Notes: a model not told the origin generated them from the letters alone. A DNA stretch of 40,663 nt from a virus (IMGVR_UViG_2802429245_000006); one strand, 5' to 3'; positions 18,729 to 29,978 are shown, counted from the stretch's first letter. Made by a program: numbers and translations.

Positions 18729-21700
18729 AACTTAAGTTCAAAGTCCAACCTTATCAAACTGTTGCCGTAGAGTCGGTTGTTGACTGCTTTGCGGGGCAAC
18801 CTAACACATCCGGCGTTACCTACCGAATCGACCCTGGCGTTGCCAAGGATAAGTTTGGCAATGCTGGTTGGGATATGAGCGACCAAGACGGTTTTAAAAA
18901 TGCAGAACTCGCGATCACTGAATCGCAGTTATTGCAAAATATTCATGGTGTTCAAAGTAGACAGAACCTCCCTGTTTCAGAAGCGTTAGTCAGCAATGCT
19001 AGCGCTAAGATTAATCTCGATGTTGAAATGGAAACCGGTACTGGTAAGACATATTGCTACATCAAAACCATCTTTGAGATGAATAAGCGCTATGGCTGGA
19101 GCAAATTTATTATCGTTGTGCCTAGCATCGCCATTCGTGAAGGTGTTTACAAGTCGCTGCAAATCACAGGTGAGCATTTTGCTCAGAATTACGACGGTAA
19201 AAAGGCCCGGTTCTTTATCTATAACTCGAAACAATTGCACCAGTTAGAGAGTTTTTCTTCTGACAGTGGCATCAATGTGATGGTCATTAATATTCAAGCC
19301 TTTAATGCTTCAGGAAAAGACAATAGACGTATTTATGAAGAGTTGGATGACTTTCAGTCTAGGCGTCCTATTGATGTTATTAGTGCAAACCGTCCAATCC
19401 TGATTTTGGATGAGCCACAAAAGATGGAAGGCAAGAAGACATTAGATGCCTTAGCCAAATTCAAACCACTGATGGTACTTCGATATTCGGCCACGCATAA
19501 GACAACACATAATAAAGTGCATCGCCTGGATGCGCTTGACGCTTATAACAATAAGCTGGTTAAGAAAATTGCCGTTCGTGGTATTTCAGTAAAAGGCTTG
19601 GCGGGAACGACAGCCTATCTATATTTGGAATCCATCGAGATCTCGAAAAAAATGCCAGTGGCTCGCATTGAGATCGAAGTTAAACAACAAAATGGTATTA
19701 AACGCATACCCAAGAAGGTTACTAAGGGCGATAATCTTTTTGATCTTAGCAATGGTCTGGACCAGTACCGTGACTTTGTGGTTACTGATGTCAACGCGAT
19801 TAACGACACGGTTGAATTCAAAAATGGCCATGTTTTAACCACGGGCGATGCGACGGGAGACGTGACCGAAGAGACCATTCGCCGAATACAGATCCGCGAG
19901 ACAATTAAAGCGCACCTTGAAAAAGAAAAAACACTTTTTAACCAGGGTATAAAGGTTCTCTCTCTCTTTTTTATTGACGAAGTCGCAAAGTATAGGGACT
20001 ACTCTCAAGCCGATGAAAAAGGTGATTATGCTCGCGTTTTTGAAGAAGAGTACTCCTTGCTTGTACAGGAATATCTTGATGAGTTGACTCTTTTACCGAG
20101 TGAGCAGACTGATGCCTATAAAGCCTATCTATCGGCCATTGAAGGCTCCAGAACGCATAATGGTTACTTCTCAATTGATAAGAAATCAAATCGTCTTCAG
20201 AACCCCGGCTTTAAAGTCCGTGGTGAAGATGCCGGGCTATCAGACGATGTAGATGCTTATGATTTGATTCTAAAAGATAAGGAAAAGTTACTTTCGTTTG
20301 AAGAGCCTACTCGGTTTATCTTTTCACATTCGGCCTTGCGCGAGGGGTGGGATAATCCAAACGTATTTGTCATGTGTATGTTAAAACACAGCGACAACAC
20401 TATCTCTCGTCGTCAAGAAGTTGGGCGTGGTTTACGTCTGGCCGTCAATAAACATGGTGACAGACAAGACCATCCGGCAACTGTGCATGAAATTAATGTT
20501 TTGTCGGTGATTGCAAGTGAAAGCTATAAAGACTTTGTCACGAATCTGCAAAAAGAGATCAGCGAGTCTCTCTCAGCGAGACCTAGAAAAGCAGATGAAG
20601 CTTATTTTACGGGTAAGACAATTACAACAGCTGATGGACCTGTAGAAGTAACACCTGTCATGGCTAAGCAAATTTATAAGTATTTGCTTAAAAATGATTA
20701 TACCAATGACGTTGACGATTCAATTGCGCCATCATTCCACCAGGCTAAGGCTAGTGGACAGTTAGCGCCAATGCCTGCTGAGTTAGAGCCTTACCGCGAG
20801 CAAATATTGACCCTGATTGACGGTGTTTATAGTGAAGCGCAATTGCCAGGTGTTGGTGATGATCGTAAACCTAAAAACAATCCGTTGAATGCTAATTTTG
20901 ATAAGAAAGAGTTTCAGGAGCTTTGGCACAAAATCAATCGCAAAGCGGTTTATAAGGTTGATTTTGATTCGTCTGAGTTGATTAAAAATTGTATTCGGGT
21001 ACTCAATAAAGAGCTTAAGGTAACGCCTCTTCAGTACACGATTCAAGATGGTGTTCAATTGGATGGCATTACCGACGAACAACTCAAAGCTGGACAAAGT
21101 TTCAAGGTGAAAAACACTGAGACTGAAACTCATCAATCGAGCATTCATTCTGCTGTTCGTTATGACTTGGTTGGTAAGTTGGCTGAAAATTGTGTGCTGA
21201 CTCGCAAAACAGTCGCCGAAATACTGATGGGTATAGAACCTGTAGTATTTGCACAATTTAAGCAGAACCCTGAGCATTTTCTCGCTGAGGCTTCACGCCT
21301 TGTGAAAGAGCAAAAGGCATCTGTGATCATCGAGAAGCTATCATATGATCCAACGAACGAATCTTATGATGTTGATATATTCACGGCAGAGCAAAAAATC
21401 ACTGATATGACAAAAGCCGTTAGTGGCGTTAATAAGCATATTTATGATTATGTTGTCGTTGATTCACAAGGCATTGAACGGGACTTTGTTACCGAGCTTG
21501 ATACAAGCAAAGAAGTCGTGGTTTATGCAAAACTGCCTCGTGGTTTTCTGATACCGACGCCTGTTGGCGACTACAACCCTGATTGGGCGATTTCTTTCAA
21601 AGAAGGAAGTGTTAAACACATTTACTTTATTGCAGAGACTAAAGGAACGATGTCTTCGCTTGAATTGCGTGGCATAGAAGATCGCAAGATTGAATGTGCT

Positions 21701-21802
21701 AGGAAATTCTTTGAAAAAATTAATGCAGAGATAACGAGTGAAAACGTCAAATATGATGTTGTAACGAGTTACTCGAAATTAATGGAAGTCATAAGCGGTT
21801 AG
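18725..21802 (+). CDS. res: Type III Res-like restriction subunit (helicase plus C-terminal PD-(D/E)xK nuclease)
   Basis: Walker [11 protein letters not shown], motif [13 protein letters not shown]-like RYSATHK, motif [12 protein letters not shown]-terminal ...NPDW...FIAETKG nuclease-like motif. ATG at 18725 with GGAGG upstream. Confidence 0.85.
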   Translation: MKLKFKVQPYQTVAVESVVDCFAGQPNTSGVTYRIDPGVAKDKFGNAGWDMSDQDGFKNAELAITESQLLQNIHGVQSRQNLPVSEALVSNASAKINLDVEMETGTGKTYCYIKTIFEMNKRYGWSKFIIVVPSIAIREGVYKSLQITGEHFAQNYDGKKARFFIYNSKQLHQLESFSSDSGINVMVINIQAFNASGKDNRRIYEELDDFQSRRPIDVISANRPILILDEPQKMEGKKTLDALAKFKPLMVLRYSATHKTTHNKVHRLDALDAYNNKLVKKIAVRGISVKGLAGTTAYLYLESIEISKKMPVARIEIEVKQQNGIKRIPKKVTKGDNLFDLSNGLDQYRDFVVTDVNAINDTVEFKNGHVLTTGDATGDVTEETIRRIQIRETIKAHLEKEKTLFNQGIKVLSLFFIDEVAKYRDYSQADEKGDYARVFEEEYSLLVQEYLDELTLLPSEQTDAYKAYLSAIEGSRTHNGYFSIDKKSNRLQNPGFKVRGEDAGLSDDVDAYDLILKDKEKLLSFEEPTRFIFSHSALREGWDNPNVFVMCMLKHSDNTISRRQEVGRGLRLAVNKHGDRQDHPATVHEINVLSVIASESYKDFVTNLQKEISESLSARPRKADEAYFTGKTITTADGPVEVTPVMAKQIYKYLLKNDYTNDVDDSIAPSFHQAKASGQLAPMPAELEPYREQILTLIDGVYSEAQLPGVGDDRKPKNNPLNANFDKKEFQELWHKINRKAVYKVDFDSSELIKNCIRVLNKELKVTPLQYTIQDGVQLDGITDEQLKAGQSFKVKNTETETHQSSIHSAVRYDLVGKLAENCVLTRKTVAEILMGIEPVVFAQFKQNPEHFLAEASRLVKEQKASVIIEKLSYDPTNESYDVDIFTAEQKITDMTKAVSGVNKHIYDYVVVDSQGIERDFVTELDTSKEVVVYAKLPRGFLIPTPVGDYNPDWAISFKEGSVKHIYFIAETKGTMSSLELRGIEDRKIECARKFFEKINAEITSENVKYDVVTSYSKLMEVISG

Positions 21803-21823
21803 TTGTTTTCGTTTTTATATCGG

Positions 21824-21856
21824 GCTGTCAGTTCATCTGGCTGACAGCTCACTTTT
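21824..21856 (+). terminator. Putative intrinsic terminator after res
   Basis: Stem gctgtcag/ctgacagc (21824-21831 / 21841-21848) followed by a short T-rich tract. Confidence 0.4.
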
Positions 21857-22077
21857 AGTTACATAAAAATAATTGAAAAATTGAGTCAGCAGATTGAGTC
21901 TAAATGTCGCTCACTCATGCGGTTATATTTTAAGTATGGTTGTTGACATGACGGAGAAATAGCATGAATCCTGAAAAGTGAATCGCCACGGATAATTTAG
22001 ACACTTCCGAGCCGTTGATGGACTGACCCCACCTCGGTAGACGATCCTGCCCTATAGTTTGAGTATAGGGGGAGCAT

Positions 22078-22362
22078 ATGGGCACACCACGATTTACACC
22101 TGAATTTAAGGAAGAAGCCGTCCGACAGATAACGGAACGCGGTTATTCCGTTGCCGAAGTATCTGACCGTCTGGGCGTTTCTGCCCACAGCCTCTACAAG
22201 TGGCTACGGGCTATCAAACCGGATAACAGCGAGCAGCATGCCCGGGATTTACTGGAAGCCAAAAGCGAGATCCTGAAACTACGGGCGCAGCTAAAACGTA
22301 CCGAAGAAGAACGGGATATCCTGAAAAAGGCCGCGCGGTACTTTGCAAGGGAGCCCGACTGA
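22078..22362 (+). CDS. IS3-family transposase OrfA (HTH)
   Basis: 94-aa ORF MGTPRFTPEFKEEAVRQITERGYSVAEVSDRLGVSAHSLYKWLR... ending in a leucine-zipper-like region. Confidence 0.8.
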   Translation: MGTPRFTPEFKEEAVRQITERGYSVAEVSDRLGVSAHSLYKWLRAIKPDNSEQHARDLLEAKSEILKLRAQLKRTEEERDILKKAARYFAREPD

Positions 22363-22400
22363 AGTACCGCTTTATCAATGAGCACCGCACTGTATGGGGT

Positions 22401-23213
22401 GTGATGACAATGTGTCGGGTACTGGATGTCGCCCGGGCCGGGTTCTACGCGTGGCTGCATAACCCGGTCTCGGCACGTGATAAAGATAATCAGCGTCTGC
22501 TGACGCTTATCCGTGACTCCTATTCACTGAGCGGAGGCGTATACGGTTACCGGCGGGTTCATGGCGACCTGAACGAAATCGGGGAAACCTGCGGTAAAAA
22601 CCGGGTGGGCCGTATTATGCAACTGAACCGGATTAAAGCCGTGCGCGGCTATAAAGCGCCGCGTCGTATCGCTGGCAGACCTTCAGTGGTTGCCCCTAAT
22701 CGCGTGCAGCGGCAGTTTACTGTTGTCCGGGCCAATCAGGTCTGGGTCACCGACATTACTTATTTCCGCACCTGGCAGGGCTGGCTGTATCTGGCGGTGG
22801 TTATCGATCTCTTCGCCCGTAACGTGGTGGGCTGGTCGATGAAGCCCACTCTCTCACGCGAACTGGCGTTGGATGCACTGATGATGGCGGTCTGGCGACG
22901 TAAACCCGACGGCGAGGTCATCGTGCACTCAGACCAGGGAAGCCAGTACGGCAGTGACGACTGGCAGCGCTTCTGCCGGGCTAATAACCTGGTCCCGAGC
23001 ATGAGCCGGCGTGGCAACTGCTGGGATAATGCGGTGGCCGAATCGTTCTTCAGTTCACTGAAAAAAGAGCGCATCAGGAAGAGAATATACAAAACCCGGG
23101 ATCTAGCCCGGGCGGATATCTTCGATTACATTGAAGTGTTCTACAACCGGGCCCGGCGCCACAGTCACCTCGGCGGCGTCAGTCCGGAGGCCTTTGAACA
23201 GGCCTCGTCGTGA
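22401..23213 (+). CDS. IS3-family transposase OrfB (DDE integrase core), expressed by -1 frameshift from orfA
   Basis: The frame is open from about 22320; DDE-region motifs ...WVTDITYF...HSDQGSQY...CWDNAVAESFF... The annotated start is a GTG. Confidence 0.8.
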   Translation: MMTMCRVLDVARAGFYAWLHNPVSARDKDNQRLLTLIRDSYSLSGGVYGYRRVHGDLNEIGETCGKNRVGRIMQLNRIKAVRGYKAPRRIAGRPSVVAPNRVQRQFTVVRANQVWVTDITYFRTWQGWLYLAVVIDLFARNVVGWSMKPTLSRELALDALMMAVWRRKPDGEVIVHSDQGSQYGSDDWQRFCRANNLVPSMSRRGNCWDNAVAESFFSSLKKERIRKRIYKTRDLARADIFDYIEVFYNRARRHSHLGGVSPEAFEQASS

Positions 23214-23971
23214 GGACAGAATTTGTCTACGGGCGTGGGGTCAGTCCAGTGTATGTCTATTACCCAACTGTGAGAGATACTGAAATCACAACATTTGAAG
23301 AAACTCTGGATAACCTCCTACAACGCCGACGAGCATTGGCCAGAGATATGCTCTGCGCTACTCCCGATTTGAACTGTGCGGATTTTGAGACCATTTTGAA
23401 GGGAGCCTAACCGATATGAGCGGCAATACTACCAGTTGCCAAACCTGAAATAACACTTAGCTGTGATGATTCGCTATTACCTATCGATAGCTTCGGAAAA
23501 CATAAATTAAAAATGCCCAGAGGAGTACTATTATCGTTAGCATTACCCGAACGTCGTATTAACGGTTATTTATTGGTAAGTGCTACGTTCCATGGCAAGA
23601 GTTCATCAACAGGTTGGAAGGCCATTCCGGCAAAACTCTCAGTATATGGCGCAGATACCATTCAGACAGCAGGTCCCGCTCAGCCCGTACAGTAGAGCGC
23701 CGTTCACTACCGTAATCGCTACCGAAGAACACATTGATTGCCCCTCAATAATCCTGCTGTTAACATCAAAATTGTTGGTCGGGCTCGATTTATTTAATTG
23801 TGTAAACAGGGTCTCTCAGAGAAAGGCCCTTATGCATCACCTGACGTTAAAAGTCACTACACCCAAGATGACGTTCAAAGTGTCATAGTCCCCTGCGCTG
23901 AGGACAAAGCTACGCATTAACGACAAATCCACGCGATAACTTACGATAGTTCGGGCATAAGCCCCCGTAAT

Positions 23972-24535
23972 TCAGTTATGTCGTGGTCGGCCCCGGTTAC
24001 TTTTTTCGGGAAGCCTGCTACGGCCCAGAATAATACCGTGTTCTTTCTGATCCTGTTTAGCCAGGTAGCTGAGGGCGTAACGTAAGTCGTCTACCGCAGA
24101 CTTATCACTATAGTGAATCACGTGATCGATACACACAGGGTATTTGTCTTTAGCCCGGCAAAGGTGAAAATAACCATCCCCTTCCGTGATCCGCCTCCAG
24201 ATATCTCCCAGTTGCCTGGATATCTGATAAGAGTTCTTGTGACGTTGTCCATCCAGGTAGCCGATAAAATGAATATGAAGCCCTTTGTTTGGTGTATATT
24301 CCATAACCCAGTAATATCCCACCAACATCGTCTGGGTTTCGCTAAGTAAGCGGTATATTTCCATACACATACTGTGCTTACAGGAATGCCCGAAACTGGG
24401 CGTGTCTTTCCTGTAGGCAAAATCAATTCTGAAAGGTAACAGTTTAGAAAAACGTTGAAACAACCCCTCCATGTGTTCATTCACATCTTTCAGAATCGCG
24501 AAATTCATTTCGTAATTGGGATTGGCATTATACAT
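23972..24535 (-). CDS. yfjJ: YfjJ/YagK-family protein (inovirus Gp2-like)
   Basis: 187-aa ORF with ATG at 24535 and AAGGAC upstream; sequence and position next to a yfjI-like gene match the CP4-57 layout. Confidence 0.7.
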   Translation of the reverse strand: MYNANPNYEMNFAILKDVNEHMEGLFQRFSKLLPFRIDFAYRKDTPSFGHSCKHSMCMEIYRLLSETQTMLVGYYWVMEYTPNKGLHIHFIGYLDGQRHKNSYQISRQLGDIWRRITEGDGYFHLCRAKDKYPVCIDHVIHYSDKSAVDDLRYALSYLAKQDQKEHGIILGRSRLPEKSNRGRPRHN

Positions 24536-25411
24536 TTTATAGTCCTTACTTTATAAAACTCACAGGAAGAGGAAATTATGTAAATGCTGAGGGTACAGAA
24601 ACGTCGTACCACGGCATTAATAAACGAGGTAACCAGCAGTACAGACAACCTGATAAAACTGTTTGGTATTACCTCATTGCTGTAATGAGGTAATATATTC
24701 AGAATACAGTGAAACTCTCTTAAACTGAGGACCAGTACAAATTACAATGGTAAAAACATACCCCATAGAATTAACTTTAAGGAAACACCATTCAATCACT
24801 TAAAGGAAGTAATCTGACATTCACAAAAGTCAGTATCGGGTAGCTACAGGCAACACCGCTATTGATACTCCCGCACCATTAAGTAAAAACATCAACTCAG
24901 CTTAAGGCCTCTACAGATATTTAATCTCCACCATAAACAATAACGGAGCTATAACGTACGAACCAGACACACATTCAATGATTAACTTTCTCAATATTAC
25001 ACTATGAGTAAGTGACATAATTTAACATATAACTAAACAACATACACTACTCACTGATGTATATACATCACATACCTACAGACTAAGCAGAATGGTCAGC
25101 ATAAAGAGGAGCGACAATACGATAAAAAGAGATAAAACAATATAACAGATCACATAACTCCCACTAATAATACTAATTAACCTAAATTATTTATTGAACA
25201 CGAGAACAATGAGGGAACCTCCTCATCTAGGACTAAAGCCAGCAATATCCTGAGCAACACTCTATCCAATAGTAAATAATGGTTATACCAGTTATATTTG
25301 CTGACTGACCTGTACCAGAGTTCTGTAATACAACAACGCTGACATGGTAAAGGCATTAGTCTCCTCCGCAAGTAGCAGAGGAGACTATATGTTACTCAAC
25401 GATTAAGTCGT

Positions 25412-26845
25412 TCAGAGGTCAAAGTTAGGTGCGACATACCACGTTTTTCCCTCAATAACCGGTACAACTCTGTTTTGTTCATACAGTAAATCCAGTAACC
25501 AATTGATTTTATCCTTTTTCCGGAAACGGTTCGGACCACGCTGTAAAATGTCATTTTTTTTCATACAGGGGATCCCCTTCTCAATGCAATAGCTTTTTAT
25601 CCAGTTAAAAAGTTCAAGCTCCTCTGGAATGAGTCGCACAGGTACGGTCAGGGCAGAGTTTTCAAACGTTAACGGACTGGATAACCGAACATACTCATTA
25701 CCATACCATATTGCTAATTCTCTCGCCATTTCAGCAGTGTAGGGGGAAATGTCACCTTCCTCACCGCTAAAATGGTGAATAAGTCCTGCCAGTCTTGCCA
25801 TATACTCTGCATTTTTAGCAGCATATTCTCTGAAGTCTCTTAAAGGCCCCAGAACCGACATCTTCGATTCCACATCGTTGTAATAGTCCGTCCAGATTCT
25901 GGCTGCCTGAGGAGAAAAGTGAAGGCAACGCCGCTCTCCCCTCATCGCCAGGCTTTCATCAATGAGTTCATTTATCCTCTGTTCAAACAAATCCTGATAC
26001 TGTGATGAATAATTATCTCCGGTTATTATCCTTGTCCCCTGCGTTGATGTTGGTTGACACATCAAAAACCTTGCATGATGTCCCGACGTTTTCACAAGTT
26101 CTTTTTTTCGTGTACAAAAACCTTTGTGGTAAACATCAGGCTGAACCATCACCGATATCGTCAGTCTTGGTTCCTTCAAAAAAATTCCGGGAGATGATTT
26201 CCTGTCGATGAAAAGAGAACCACCATCCCACAAAGAGTTAAGTATTCCCAGTTTACTCATTGCCCGGCTGTCAAAAATTATCCCACCTTCACTGGATACA
26301 AGAGCAAAAGAGCGATTGCTATCAGAATAATATTTTAACATTCCCTCTATCGTTGTATCATTAAAAATTGTTCGATGTATCTGTGGTGGAACAGGACACT
26401 TATTCAGATGTGTTTTAAGCTCTGATTCTGTTGTCTTATAATCTTTACCGGCACGAATCTCTTTATGAAGTTTTGACTCCAGTGCTTTTTGTTTTTGCTC
26501 CCATATTTCCTTTTCTGTACTGTAATTCTCAACCAGTTTCGCGTATTCTTCCGCCAGGGCTTCATCCCTGAGATAAAATGCTTTCATAAACACTTTATCC
26601 ACGGTCGTTTTCCTTTCACCAGAATCAGCCAGAATCATAGAGTAAATATTAGAGGACCCACGTAAATTTCCTGGCCTGCACACATCAACCTGATTCTGAC
26701 AGGCAATTGACATCGCTGTTAATGCTGCAGTTATCGCCATAGCTATAGGTGTCTGTGTATTCTTTTGAGTTTCAATTATTGCATTTCTCGCCAGCGGTGG
26801 CATTGCATATATCGGACAAGGATTTTCTGGTGCAAGTAAGCACAT
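25412..26845 (-). CDS. yfjI: YfjI-like protein (DUF3987 family)
   Basis: Long ORF; ATG at 26845 with GAGG upstream is preferred over the ORF-track start at 26863. Position between alpA and yfjJ matches CP4-57. Confidence 0.7.
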   Translation of the reverse strand: MCLLAPENPCPIYAMPPLARNAIIETQKNTQTPIAMAITAALTAMSIACQNQVDVCRPGNLRGSSNIYSMILADSGERKTTVDKVFMKAFYLRDEALAEEYAKLVENYSTEKEIWEQKQKALESKLHKEIRAGKDYKTTESELKTHLNKCPVPPQIHRTIFNDTTIEGMLKYYSDSNRSFALVSSEGGIIFDSRAMSKLGILNSLWDGGSLFIDRKSSPGIFLKEPRLTISVMVQPDVYHKGFCTRKKELVKTSGHHARFLMCQPTSTQGTRIITGDNYSSQYQDLFEQRINELIDESLAMRGERRCLHFSPQAARIWTDYYNDVESKMSVLGPLRDFREYAAKNAEYMARLAGLIHHFSGEEGDISPYTAEMARELAIWYGNEYVRLSSPLTFENSALTVPVRLIPEELELFNWIKSYCIEKGIPCMKKNDILQRGPNRFRKKDKINWLLDLLYEQNRVVPVIEGKTWYVAPNFDL

Positions 26846-27420
26846 AAATGCCTCTCTTTTCATTAATGGGTTAGTAAAGTAGCAGCAACTCCCGCTATAA
26901 TAGCGAAAATAGCTGCTGTTCAGACCTAATGTTCTGAAAAATACAGAATATCTGTAGATCTGATGTTTAATAACCGATAAGGTTAATTCAGTTCAGACTG
27001 TGTTATTTACCACGAAATATCATTCATGTTTCTCATTCTTAACACCTCCTAAAATTATTTCACTAACACCTTCCCCCCGGTCTTTTTCCTTTCTCAGGAA
27101 TCAGCCAGAACCATAGTGTAAATATTAACGGGCCCACGTAAATTTCCGGAGCTGCACACGTCAATCTGATTCTGACAGGCAATTGACATCGCTGTTAATA
27201 ATGATGTTGTAGTCATAGCCAGAGATGCTTTTTCATTTTGTTGAGTTTCAATTATTGCATTTCCAGTCATTGATGGTTGCGCATATACTGGATACGGAGT
27301 ATCCGGTTTGATGTAAGACATAAATATTCCCTTTTTTCGTAATGACTTTCGGTTATAGCAGCTATTTCCGCTACAATAGCAACAATAGCTGCTATACAGA
27401 CTGGATATACTGAAAATACA
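26603..27420. repeat. Tandem imperfect direct duplication (~350 bp, roughly 75-80% identical) of the yfjI promoter-proximal and 5' coding region
   Basis: 26603-26940 aligns with 27076-27420 by eye (for example gacaggcaattgacatcgctgttaat and gagtttcaattattgcattt occur in both). Confidence 0.75.
27094..27321 (-). pseudogene. Truncated duplicate of the yfjI 5' end
   Basis: 75-aa ORF MSYIKPDTPYPVYAQPSMTGNAIIETQQNEKASLAMTTTSLLTAMSIACQNQIDVC... parallels the N-terminus of the full gene and ends inside the duplicated block. Confidence 0.6.
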
Positions 27421-27426
27421 AACAGT

Positions 27427-27654
27427 TCATCTGGTCTGTATCCAGCAGAGAAGGTCACTTAACAACCATCCGCAAGATTTCTTTCCGATAGACTTACGTG
27501 GTGGAAATTTTCCCTCCCGTTCAAGTTTCCACGCTTGCGTACGAGAAACTGACGTGATCTCATATCGTTCCTTTTCACGTACCAGTCTGTCGCATTCAAT
27601 CCCATAAGCTTTCAAAATGACCAGACGCTGTTCATCTGTTAATGGAAGCCACAT
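27427..27654 (-). CDS. alpA: AlpA-family phage transcriptional regulator (HTH)
   Basis: ATG at 27652-27654 with AGGAGGG upstream; ...ERYEITSVSRTQAWKLEREGKFPPRKSIGKKSCGWLLSDLLCWIQ resembles AlpA-type HTH proteins. Confidence 0.75.
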   Translation of the reverse strand: MWLPLTDEQRLVILKAYGIECDRLVREKERYEITSVSRTQAWKLEREGKFPPRKSIGKKSCGWLLSDLLCWIQTR

Positions 27655-28346
27655 ACTACCCTCCTGATATATCAATACTTTTTATTTCCGGCATGAGCAT
27701 GAAATGACTAAGTTTCCCGGATAAACAATGAGTGAAAGTCACTGTCATTCATCCAGCCAACACCTTGCAAATAAAATGTAATACTATGATTTTTATAGGT
27801 CAAAATACTGAATTACAATGTTAAAATGGCTTTTAATAGAAAAAATAAAGACATATAGAGCCAAATAAAAATAAACTACGACAAATAAAAACAAAAGATT
27901 AATATTAAAAATCCATTATGACGATTTTTATTGACTAAAATCAGGTTGGGATATATAAATAAATCCATGTAAAATTCAAACAAGGCATGGAGGAGTCGCA
28001 GGAAGGTGAAATATTTCCATCTAATTTGTGATAATCATCACAAAAATAAGCTACAACAAGCGGAGGAAAAGACAATCTGTTGCTGAACAGACAGAAGCAG
28101 GCTACGAATGATCGGAAAATGAAGCAAATACGCTTATACAGAAGACGCAGGGGTAACTGACGGAGACAATCACAATCAGGAGAAAATGATCGTAAATAAT
28201 GTATAAAATCTCAGGATATAAACAAATGTACACAAGCTATCCACGTAATCTGCGGCTGGCTCAGGATTAACGTTTCATTTCAGTGGACGACATCGATTCT
28301 GTCTGACAGTGGGCCAATATGTGGCAAGCAGAAAACTTCTGACATC

Positions 28347-29978
28347 ATGGTAACTCGGACAATGCAACAAAAGTATGATCGTGTTTTATCTGGCGAATCC
28401 CATCCATTCCCTGGCATATACGAGGCGGTTTCCGAACAACTCCTTTTGCTCATCTTTAAGGCTCGTCAGCTATATCAGAATCCAGAATATCGCCCCTGGT
28501 TTGAAGAACAGCACAGAGTTCTCTCTGCATTACGTGCTAATACAGAGCTCTTGAGAATATTTAGAGAACAAAGAAACGCGGAAGAACCAGAGCTTATTAT
28601 TAAAGAATCTACATTACCCCTACTCACTAATTCTAATCTTACAGATGCGCTTAATATTATGTGCCATTTATACAATGGTTTTGATGAAGGAAATATCAGT
28701 CTGAAAACCTGGGGGGCGATGCAAGAGGTACAGACAACATCAACCTTTATCAGCCCGGGACCGAGAACCTGGAAAACACCTGAACTGGCAAAGTTTGTAG
28801 GAGATGATTTATTTAATATTCTGACTGAATGTAAAGCCTGGAGTTCACCAATTCCAGCAGAAACCCGACAGGGCTATTGCCATCAGGATCTGTCTGTTGC
28901 ACACTCCTGCACCTCAGAGTTACTGGCACACCTGAATCAATACCATGAAATTGATGAATCAGCAATACTTGCCAGAGTTATTGGTATGACGGTTAACGGA
29001 TTCTACAAGAAAAATAATACAGACCTCCCAGAATGGCTATCCCCCTTTAAAGAGGAACATAAAATATTCAGAGATTGTCTGGAGCAAAAGACCGAGGATG
29101 TAATCAGACTGAAAGAACAACTGTTGAAAACAGGACGTTCAGAATTCGTGAATAATTTGTGTCGGGTCGCCAACTGGTATGAAATTAAGTCAATATACGA
29201 TGAATATGTCCGTCTTTATGCCAATGAAATCATTGGTTGGTTCAACAAAACCATGGAATATTTTAAACCAACAGATTTTATCCGATATACATGGAAATTC
29301 GCAACAGTTACTCCAGGTAAAGAGACAGAAACCAAGCATACAACTGCATGGGAAAAGGATTATTGCCAGATAACTATACAACGTGATGAACTTCTGAGAT
29401 TGATTCACACGAATACCCTTCAGGATGCAGTAATTTATCTTTGCCATTGTCTGCAGAAGAAATACAAGAAATCATCCCAAAATGAGATAGAGTTTCCAGG
29501 AATAAAACCTCCGGCATCAGAGAGTGAAATTAATATAACAGATAGTTTTGAATTTTATTCTCTCCTGGAGCTCAGTAAAGATAATGAGAGACGGCTGGAA
29601 ACATTTCAAAAATGGTATGAAAAAAATAAAGTTTTGTTAGAAAGTCATAAACAAAAACGAACAGAGAAGATTGACGTTGCCGTACGACTTGTAGGGCTGA
29701 AAGCCTATGATCTGCATGAAGGGATTCCGGATAGTCCAAAACGAAAAGTTAAAGATGGCATAAATGAAGACATCAAAGCCGATACCAGTTTACGCCTGCC
29801 AAAGACAAATATAAGTGATACGTCGCTAAACCGTTATCGCCGCACTGTTAAGGAGATTATCAATAACGAAATCGACGCATTCCTGTTGGAACAGAAGAAA
29901 AAAAATAAAAGATTTCCCTACAGTGAAGATAGAGATGTGATTCGACCTTTATGGGGAAAATGCCTGACCGGGCAGTAG
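28347..29978 (+). CDS. Hypothetical protein, 543 aa, low GC, function unknown
   Basis: Long clean ORF in AT-rich DNA, divergent from alpA; no motifs recognised. A second possible ATG lies at 28362. Confidence 0.6.
   Translation: MVTRTMQQKYDRVLSGESHPFPGIYEAVSEQLLLLIFKARQLYQNPEYRPWFEEQHRVLSALRANTELLRIFREQRNAEEPELIIKESTLPLLTNSNLTDALNIMCHLYNGFDEGNISLKTWGAMQEVQTTSTFISPGPRTWKTPELAKFVGDDLFNILTECKAWSSPIPAETRQGYCHQDLSVAHSCTSELLAHLNQYHEIDESAILARVIGMTVNGFYKKNNTDLPEWLSPFKEEHKIFRDCLEQKTEDVIRLKEQLLKTGRSEFVNNLCRVANWYEIKSIYDEYVRLYANEIIGWFNKTMEYFKPTDFIRYTWKFATVTPGKETETKHTTAWEKDYCQITIQRDELLRLIHTNTLQDAVIYLCHCLQKKYKKSSQNEIEFPGIKPPASESEINITDSFEFYSLLELSKDNERRLETFQKWYEKNKVLLESHKQKRTEKIDVAVRLVGLKAYDLHEGIPDSPKRKVKDGINEDIKADTSLRLPKTNISDTSLNRYRRTVKEIINNEIDAFLLEQKKKNKRFPYSEDRDVIRPLWGKCLTGQ

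Larger units (their letters stand above)
22019..23248 (+). mobile_element. IS3-family insertion sequence, apparently intact (~1.23 kb)
   Basis: Imperfect terminal inverted repeats TGGACTGACCCCACCTCGGTAGACG (left) and CGTCTACGGGCGTGGGGTCAGTCCA (right), with orfA and orfB overlapping in the -1 frame around an AAAAAG run near 22323-22329. Confidence 0.8.

Noticed and set aside
20783-21277. 164-aa minus-strand ORF inside res
   Set aside because: Antisense to the Res-like gene in AT-rich DNA; low-complexity I/L/F/N-rich translation typical of a non-coding frame.
23250-23970. Small plus-strand ORFs (60-102 aa) between the IS3-family element and yfjJ
   Set aside because: No RBS, no motifs and overlapping frames; the interval looks like decayed or non-coding DNA.
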